Part shown: positions 58,417 through 64,000 of the stretch, one piece after another | Layout of the letters: each line of letters opens with the position of its first letter | Numbering within the stretch: position 1 is the first letter of the stretch | Virus record (IMG/VR): IMGVR_UViG_3300012984_000012 | Location: 32,001 to 96,000 of that record | Strand: one strand, 5' to 3' | DNA: 64,000 nt | From: a virus | Made by a program: the position numbers and the translations under genes | Notes under the pieces: generated by a model | The model's input: only the letters and a program-made list of their open reading frames with translations | The model's database searches: none | What the model was told of the DNA's origin: nothing

Positions 58417-59430
58417 ATGCACGAGTTTGGGATTTACATCGGACGTTTTCAACCTGCGCACCTCGCTCACATCGCGACTGTGCGTTTTGCGCTTTCTCAG
58501 GCCAAGCGTGTCCTGATCGTCATCGGTAGCGACAACCAAGCAAGAACGATCAAGAACCCATGGACGACTGCTGAGCGCATTGCCATGATTGTCGGCGCTC
58601 TCACCCTCGAAGAGCAAGGTAGGATCACCTTCATCCCGATGCGTGATTACCTCTACAACGACAACCTCTGGATCGCTGAGATCCAACGCACCATCACGGC
58701 ACACACCGGTCCCTCAAAGGACGTCGTCCTCATCGGTCACGAAAAGGACGCTTCAAGCTTTTACTTGAAGCTGTTTCCTCAATGGACACTCATCCAGTCT
58801 GGTGTGAACATGCCAGGCGTTGACGCGACCAAGATCAGGGAGCTCATGTTTTCGCTCGACAAGATCGGCATCAAAAACTTCCTCCCAGAGAGCATTTACA
58901 ACGACGTGTGTCACTTCATGGAAATGCCTGAATTCGACAGGCTCCATGCTGAGCACCACCACATCAAAGACTATAGGTCGCAGTGGGATAGCGCTCCATT
59001 TGCACCGATGTTCGTCACGGTCGATGCGATCTGCGTCTGCAGCGGTCACGTCTTGGTCGTACGAAGGGGAGGCGAACTCGGAAGGGGCCTAATCGCATTA
59101 CCTGGCGGTTATCTCAACGGAAACGAACGAATCGTCGATGGCGCGGTACGTGAGCTTAAGGAGGAGACGGCGATCAAGATGCCCGCTCTCGAACTCAAGA
59201 AACTCATCGTTGATGAAAAGGTGTTCGATCACCCGAACAGGTCGCTTCGCGGGCGCACGATCACACATGCGTTTTGCATCAATTTGGGTCGTGGCGAGCT
59301 TCCCAAGGTAAAAGGTTCAGACGACGCCGATAAGGCGTGGTGGATGCCTCTCGACACGGTGTACTCGCAAGAGGCAAGTTTCTTCGAGGATCACTTTCAC
59401 ATCATCACGTACTTCATCAACAGGATCTGA
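58417..59430 (+). CDS. nadM: Bifunctional NMN adenylyltransferase / Nudix ADP-ribose pyrophosphatase
   Basis: GRFQPAHLAH, NPW, Nudix box GG...E.....A.RELKEET, FEDH. Confidence 0.93.
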   Translation: MHEFGIYIGRFQPAHLAHIATVRFALSQAKRVLIVIGSDNQARTIKNPWTTAERIAMIVGALTLEEQGRITFIPMRDYLYNDNLWIAEIQRTITAHTGPSKDVVLIGHEKDASSFYLKLFPQWTLIQSGVNMPGVDATKIRELMFSLDKIGIKNFLPESIYNDVCHFMEMPEFDRLHAEHHHIKDYRSQWDSAPFAPMFVTVDAICVCSGHVLVVRRGGELGRGLIALPGGYLNGNERIVDGAVRELKEETAIKMPALELKKLIVDEKVFDHPNRSLRGRTITHAFCINLGRGELPKVKGSDDADKAWWMPLDTVYSQEASFFEDHFHIITYFINRI

Positions 59431-59807
59431 TGAAACACCTGACTTGTTTCGTCGCTGGGCCATACTCGTCCAAGTACGGTTGGCCGGGCAGGGTCTATAA
59501 TGTCGCCAAGATGCTGGTGTTCGTCCGTCGCATCCTGAAGATGGGAATCATGCCAATCGGTCCGAACGCCATGTACTTTTGGTTCTCAAAGTGCCAGCCT
59601 TACGAGTTCTGGCTGCCAGGGACCCGAAGCATCCAAGAGAAGTGTGACGTCATCTTTTTCATCCCGGGTTGGAAGGTCTCTGGCGGCGCTCGTCAGGAAT
59701 ATGAGCACGCAGAATCAATCAGCCAACCCATCTTCACATCGCTACTGTCGCTAAAGGTCTTCAGTGAGAGGACCTCATCACAAAACACGGAGAGTGTGTC
59801 ATCATGA
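59430..59807 (+). CDS. DUF1937/DUF4406-like (nucleoside deoxyribosyltransferase-like fold) protein
   Basis: FVAGPYS, CDVIFFIPGWKVSGGARQE. Confidence 0.65.
   Translation: MKHLTCFVAGPYSSKYGWPGRVYNVAKMLVFVRRILKMGIMPIGPNAMYFWFSKCQPYEFWLPGTRSIQEKCDVIFFIPGWKVSGGARQEYEHAESISQPIFTSLLSLKVFSERTSSQNTESVSS
59755..59797 (+). promoter_or_regulatory. Twin-hairpin RNA element over the RBS of NAMPT
   Basis: AGGTCTTC-AGTGA-GAGGACCT followed by ACAC-GGAGA-GTGT. Confidence 0.6.
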
Positions 59808-61243
59808 AATACGCAAGAAAAAAGGACCTGGTCCTCAACAACATCAACGATACCGACAGCTATAAGTTCAGTCACTACCTTCTGTACCCAGACGACATGG
59901 AGTACATGGAGAGTTACTTCGAATCCCGAGGCGGCGAGTTCGATGAGTGCACCCTGTTTGGGATGCAGTACATCTGTCACAAGTACCTCTCGAAGAAGAT
60001 CACGTTGGAGGACATCAGCGAGATCGAGCGCGATGCGCTAGCACATGGCGAACCTTTCAATCTCGCGGGATGGCTTCACATTCTGGACAAGTACGACGGT
60101 AACCTGCCTGTGACGATCCGAGGCATCCCTGAAGGCATGATCGTGCCGGTCAAGAACGCCATCCTCGTCGTCAGAAGTCCCAGGGATAAGAGGTGTGCTT
60201 GGATCACCAATTGGATCGAGACGCTGCTGACGCGTGTTTGGTACCCGTCTGTCGTCGCCATCGGTAGCCGCGAGGTCAAGAAAGTCTGGCTGCACTACCT
60301 CCAGCTGTCCAGTGACGACCCAGCCGCAGAAATCTCTTTTAAGCACCACGATTTTGGCGGTCGTGGTGTCACGTGTCAAGAACAGGCGATGCTCGGCGGG
60401 GGAGCCCACTTGATGAGCTTCTTGGGCAGCGACACCATGGCAGGCATCAAGTGGGTGAATCACTACTACGATTGCTTGATGTCAGGATTCTCGATCCCAG
60501 CGACCGAACACTCCACGATGACGATCCGCGGCGAGGAAAACGAAGAGGAGACTGTCGTCACCTGGGTCACCAAGACGCTCGTCGAGCGCCAGGTCCCAAC
60601 CGGGATGCCCAAGCTTTCTGCTTGCGTGGGCGACAGCTGGAACATGTTCAGGTTCACGAGGATGGTCTGCCAACCTCGCATCCGAGAGCTCGTCAAAGGT
60701 TCTGGTGGCACTCTCATCGTCCGCCCGGACAGCGGTGACCCGGTCACCACGCTTCAAAAGATCTTCGACATCTTCGAAGAGTGCCTGCCTGAAGGTGAGA
60801 TCACCGTCAATCGCAAGGGTTACAAGGTTTTACCAGATTACTTCAGGATCATCTGGGGCGATGGCATCAACCGTCGTTCGATGAAGAAGATCCTACAAAC
60901 AGTCGTTGACTATGGTTGGAGCGTGTCGAACATCGCTCTAGGTTCGGGTGGAGGCCTGCTCATGGATTTCAATCGTGACACCCAGAAGCATGCCTTCAAG
61001 TGTTGCGCAGCCTGGGTCGGCGGGCGGTTGGTGCGGGTCTCGAAGAACCCAATCACCGATCCTGGCAAGAGGTCGAAAGAAGGTCGTCTAGACCTGATCA
61101 GGACTGAGAATGGTTTTGAGACCGTCATCCTCGACGATGGCGTCGACGTGCACCCGAATAGCGTCTACGTCACGTACTTTGACATCGGCGATATCTGTTA
61201 CAACACTACGGCAGACGAAGTTCGTGCCCGTATGGCAATCTGA
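59804..61243 (+). CDS. nadV: Nicotinamide phosphoribosyltransferase
   Basis: DTDSYKFSH, HDFG.RG, SIPATEHS, RPDSGDP, GDGI, GSGGGLL. Confidence 0.93.
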   Translation: MKYARKKDLVLNNINDTDSYKFSHYLLYPDDMEYMESYFESRGGEFDECTLFGMQYICHKYLSKKITLEDISEIERDALAHGEPFNLAGWLHILDKYDGNLPVTIRGIPEGMIVPVKNAILVVRSPRDKRCAWITNWIETLLTRVWYPSVVAIGSREVKKVWLHYLQLSSDDPAAEISFKHHDFGGRGVTCQEQAMLGGGAHLMSFLGSDTMAGIKWVNHYYDCLMSGFSIPATEHSTMTIRGEENEEETVVTWVTKTLVERQVPTGMPKLSACVGDSWNMFRFTRMVCQPRIRELVKGSGGTLIVRPDSGDPVTTLQKIFDIFEECLPEGEITVNRKGYKVLPDYFRIIWGDGINRRSMKKILQTVVDYGWSVSNIALGSGGGLLMDFNRDTQKHAFKCCAAWVGGRLVRVSKNPITDPGKRSKEGRLDLIRTENGFETVILDDGVDVHPNSVYVTYFDIGDICYNTTADEVRARMAI

Positions 61244-61257
61244 AACGGACAAACAAA

Positions 61258-61764
61258 ATGATAGAATACCTCGTGGGTGACGCCACCCATCCCAACGGCC
61301 CAGACGTCAAGATCATCGCACACGTTGTCAATGACATCGGTCGTTGGGGACGAGGTTTCGTCCTGTCAGTGACCAAGCGATACCCGGTCGCTGAACACGC
61401 TTATCGTGAATGGAGCAAGGGAGAAGGAGAACACCCTTCTCCGTTTGCGCTAGGTGAGACACAACTCGTGCACGTGGGTGATGGCATTCACGTTGCCAAC
61501 ATGGTCGGACAGCACGATGTCATGACAGTGAATGGCGTGCCTCCCATCAGGTACGATGCTCTAGAAAGCTGCCTGACAAAGCTAAGGATCTTTGCCAAGC
61601 TGTTGGATGCCTCTGTTCACATGCCCAGGATAGGATGTGGCCTAGCAGGTGGAAAATGGTCAGAGGTGGAGGCGATCGTCAACCGTGTCCTTGCTCACGA
61701 CGTAAGAACAGTCGTGTACGACTTCGACACGAAGGACAACAGAACGGTGCCATGGAACAAGTAG
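61258..61764 (+). CDS. Macrodomain ADP-ribose hydrolase (Poa1/TARG1/DarG-like)
   Basis: GDAT, HVVND.G.WG.GF, MPRIGCGLAGG.W. Confidence 0.88.
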   Translation: MIEYLVGDATHPNGPDVKIIAHVVNDIGRWGRGFVLSVTKRYPVAEHAYREWSKGEGEHPSPFALGETQLVHVGDGIHVANMVGQHDVMTVNGVPPIRYDALESCLTKLRIFAKLLDASVHMPRIGCGLAGGKWSEVEAIVNRVLAHDVRTVVYDFDTKDNRTVPWNK

Positions 61765-61946
61765 GGCTCACGGTTGAGGACACCGTGAAACAACTGTTAC
61801 AACAACGGTGTGATTTCTCAAAGCAGTTTGCGGCTGGTAACCAGAACGTCCAGGTCGGCATCGAGTTCATCGATAACATCCTGGGACAGATGGTCCCAGG
61901 ATACGCGCCGCCCAAGGGCTGTGGGTGTGGTTGCGATGACAAGTGA
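61752..61946 (+). CDS. Small hypothetical protein with C-terminal GCGCGC
   Basis: Overlaps the macrodomain stop. Confidence 0.45.
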   Translation: MEQVGLTVEDTVKQLLQQRCDFSKQFAAGNQNVQVGIEFIDNILGQMVPGYAPPKGCGCGCDDK

Positions 61947-61956
61947 ATCTTGGGCC

Positions 61957-61985
61957 TGTACAACGGCACGAAGAAGGATTACTTA
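61957..61985 (+). promoter_or_regulatory. Promoter TGTACA-N17-TACTTA for the Pth/CoaE/tRNA operon
   Basis: Intergenic; 6 nt before ATG 61992. Confidence 0.5.
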
Positions 61986-62114
61986 CTAGACATGCTACGA
62001 GAGTTGTGAATGCAAGGCGGTTGAACCGCAGTGTCTTGCGCGAGGACCTCCTCGACTAACACGTTCCGATCAGTTCGCTGTACGTGTTTTGTTTTGAGAT
62101 GAAAGAGGTCTATT

Positions 62115-62507
62115 ATGCTCACTGGTATTCAAGTTCTTCGTGCTAAGGTTCGTGGCCTGCAAGCTGCAGGTATTTCCATTCACAATCGTATTCGTAAGGC
62201 AAAAGGTCCGAAGCGAAACAAGCTGTGGGATGACAAGCGTACGCTCGGCAGTTACAGTCGGGAACACCTGATTGCTTACGGGTTGATGCGTGGCGTCCCG
62301 TATGATAGGATCGAAAGATGCGCAAAGGGAAACCAACCAAACGCTCGAACACTGTTCGAGCTGATGAAGGCTCACGCCGATTGGAAAATGGCAAGGGAGC
62401 TCACCCTCGAAAAGGTCGAGGCGCTGCTGACGCCGTCAACCGAGCCAGTTCCTCGGTCAAACAGGCTCATGCGAAGGGCTCAAAAGGCCCTCGAAAAAAG
62501 CGCGTGA
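62115..62507 (+). CDS. Basic phage hypothetical protein
   Basis: GAGG RBS; REHLIAYGLMRGVPYDRIE. Confidence 0.65.
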   Translation: MLTGIQVLRAKVRGLQAAGISIHNRIRKAKGPKRNKLWDDKRTLGSYSREHLIAYGLMRGVPYDRIERCAKGNQPNARTLFELMKAHADWKMARELTLEKVEALLTPSTEPVPRSNRLMRRAQKALEKSA

Positions 62508-62515
62508 GGCAAGCC

Positions 62516-62857
62516 ATGGCCACCATTAAGATGGGCGACAAGCTCTTTCTAGTGACACGTCGTGACATCGCGCCTGGTTATCAGGCCGTCCAGTCGTGTC
62601 ACGCCATGAGGCAGTTCACCGCTGATCATCCTGAGGTCGATAACGACTGGTTCGCGAAATCAAATTACCTAGCGCTGTTGTCAGTCGACAACGAGATCGA
62701 GCTGATGAGGCTCCTCGTTGCCGCTACCGATGCTGGGTTAAGGTCATCTGCGTTTCGCGAACCAGACGTCGGTGGAGCCATCACCGCTATCGCCATCGAG
62801 CCACACCCAAAAGCAGCAGAGTTGTGTAAATCGTTACCCCTGGCCCTTAAGGTCTGA
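62516..62857 (+). CDS. Peptidyl-tRNA hydrolase PTH2-like protein
   Basis: KLFLVTRRDI..G...VQSCHA, FREPD....TAIA. Confidence 0.7.
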   Translation: MATIKMGDKLFLVTRRDIAPGYQAVQSCHAMRQFTADHPEVDNDWFAKSNYLALLSVDNEIELMRLLVAATDAGLRSSAFREPDVGGAITAIAIEPHPKAAELCKSLPLALKV

Positions 62858-62872
62858 TCAGGTAACGAGAAA

Positions 62873-63508
62873 ATGATGACCGAGCTCGATCGCACTTCGT
62901 TGAAGGTTTTTGGCCTGACTGGTGGGATTGCTAGCGGCAAGAGCACCGTCAGTCGGCTCTGGGCAAAGTGGGGAGTTCCCATCGTTGACGCTGACCTGGT
63001 GTCACGCCAGGTGATGGTCCCGGGAGCTCCCGCCTTCAATGCTATCATCGAGTGTTTTGGGCTCGAGATAGTGACACCCACGGGTGAGATCGACAGGAAG
63101 GCTTTGGGAAGCATCGTTTTTAGCGACAGCAAGAAACGAGCGTTGCTCAACTCAATAGTACACCCGAGGATCGCAAGCCAGACTCGAGCCATGTTCTCAG
63201 AGCTTCGTAGCAGCGGTGAAAAGCTAGCGTGTTATGACGCCCCGCTGTTGATCGAAGGCGGATTTGCAGCCGCTTTCAGGCCACTCGTCGTCGTCACGGT
63301 CCCGCCTGACGTTCAATTAAACAGGGTCATGGCCCGAGATGACCTGACTGAACAAGAGGCAAGATCTCGGATCTCGGCTCAGATGTCGCAGGACGCAAAG
63401 GTCGAGAAGGCTGACATCGTGATCAACAACGATGACGACCTATCAATGTTGATGTTTCGTGCTCGTCAGGCTCTTGACAGGGTGATGCAGATGGTTTCGG
63501 TCCCGTAG
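62873..63508 (+). CDS. coaE: Dephospho-CoA kinase
   Basis: GLTGGIASGKST, DAD, HPRI, DAPLL, RISAQ. Confidence 0.93.
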   Translation: MMTELDRTSLKVFGLTGGIASGKSTVSRLWAKWGVPIVDADLVSRQVMVPGAPAFNAIIECFGLEIVTPTGEIDRKALGSIVFSDSKKRALLNSIVHPRIASQTRAMFSELRSSGEKLACYDAPLLIEGGFAAAFRPLVVVTVPPDVQLNRVMARDDLTEQEARSRISAQMSQDAKVEKADIVINNDDDLSMLMFRARQALDRVMQMVSVP

Positions 63509-63571
63509 CTCAGCGGTAGAGCATTCGGATTTCAACCCGATTTGTCGTGGGTTCGACCCCCACCGGGATCA
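63499..63571 (+). tRNA. tRNA-like gene with atypical 8-nt anticodon loop (TTC / TTCA / TCA)
   Basis: Acceptor GGTCCCG/CGGGATC, D-arm GCTC/GAGC, T-arm GTGGG-TTCGACC-CCCAC; overlaps the coaE stop; CCA not encoded. Confidence 0.85.
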
Positions 63572-63574
63572 CAC

Positions 63575-63646
63575 GCTCTCATAGCCTAGAGGTCAGGCAA
63601 TCGGATTTCAACCCGAGTGACACAGGTTCGAACCCTGTTGAGAGCG
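63575..63646 (+). tRNA. tRNA-Glu-like gene with the same 8-nt anticodon loop
   Basis: Acceptor GCTCTCA/TGAGAGC, G73, D-arm GCCT-AGAGGTC-AGGC, 4-nt variable loop, T-arm ACAGG-TTCGAAC-CCTGT. Confidence 0.85.
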
Positions 63647-63650
63647 CAAG

Positions 63651-63944
63651 ATGGACGACAAGGCATACATCTGCGACGGGTGTGGTGAGAGGATCACTGA
63701 CGAAGAGCTGGTCATCTCTGAGACAGATCCTGACCTGTGGAAACACCCGTTCCGTGAGGTGTGCCTGAAGATCCGAGAGCAGAACAGTGAGCCAACCCCT
63801 CCAGCCCAGCTGTACCACCAGCGTCACGGCTATAACCGGTTAACCCGTCGCACAGAGCCCTATTTATGTGGGACGTTGCATCTCGAGACTGAGCAAGAGT
63901 ACTTCATCCACTGGATTGGGTATGGGATGAAGATTGATACCTGA
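63651..63944 (+). CDS. Hypothetical protein
   Basis: 97 aa, CDGC...C...CG. Confidence 0.5.
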   Translation: MDDKAYICDGCGERITDEELVISETDPDLWKHPFREVCLKIREQNSEPTPPAQLYHQRHGYNRLTRRTEPYLCGTLHLETEQEYFIHWIGYGMKIDT

Positions 63945-63951
63945 CGATCGT

Positions 63952-63980
63952 TGAACTAAGCGTCAGATCAAAGTTACGAT
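63952..63980 (+). promoter_or_regulatory. Sigma70-like promoter TGAACT-N17-TACGAT
   Basis: Intergenic, followed by AGGGG-ATG at the window end. Confidence 0.45.
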
Positions 63981-64000
63981 CAGGGGATGAGCGATCCCTC

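Noticed and set aside
44141-61260. General gene fusion by UGAA quadruplet reading at TGA-A stops
   Set aside because: At most such junctions (44144, 45393, 47995, 49307, 61243) the +1 frame does not join the next gene; only 44869 and 62009 fit, so any such decoding must be local or inefficient.
128-63827. Numerous antisense or overlapping ORFs in the six-frame track (e.g. 389-763, 15755-16234, 34315-34608, 53945-54469, 62665-63192, 63547-63768)
   Set aside because: They are shadows of well-supported genes or tRNAs and lack recognisable motifs or RBSs.
1-64000. Genome-wide stop-codon reassignment, suggested by the possible TCA anticodon
   Set aside because: Conserved genes are full length in code 11, and TAA, TAG and TGA all end genes at sensible, often coupled positions.
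1-64000. Cellular chromosome or prophage, given def, clpP, coaE, nadV and sugar genes
   Set aside because: These genes are interleaved with portal, terminase and protease genes and share promoter motifs with them; no integrase or host boundary is visible.
1-64000. CRISPR array or cas genes
   Set aside because: No regularly spaced direct repeats or Cas motifs were seen by eye.

Overview
This 64-kb window is part of a large tailed-phage (jumbo/huge-phage-like, T4-type head module) genome using the standard genetic code. Bases 1-41.7 kb are almost all on the minus strand. They carry a scaffold-like gene, peptide deformylase, prohead protease, portal, terminase, an unusually split Mre11/Rad50 (SbcD/SbcC) pair, primase, a RuvC-like resolvase, a gp4-like nuclease, large virion/baseplate-like genes with two endonuclease insertions, PIN-PhoH, an Hc1-like histone, a DinG helicase, ClpP and a degenerate GroEL. 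A GATC-rich strand switch at ~41.8 kb is followed by plus-strand genes: a ~16-kb glycan synthesis/glycosyltransferase cluster, an NAD+ salvage operon (NadM-Nudix, NAMPT, macrodomain), and a Pth2-like/CoaE/tRNA operon. The most unusual signals are: (i) two different tRNA bodies with an identical 8-nt anticodon loop (ATTTCAAC), in an operon whose leader reads MLREL-TGA-A and continues in the +1 frame into an RGPP arrest-like motif; (ii) a twin pentaloop-hairpin element repeated in front of both NAD genes; (iii) an Mre11 nuclease split inside its catalytic domain; (iv) a shared N-terminal LxxII/VxE motif on unrelated, probably late proteins. All functional calls rest on motif recognition by eye; no database searches were run.
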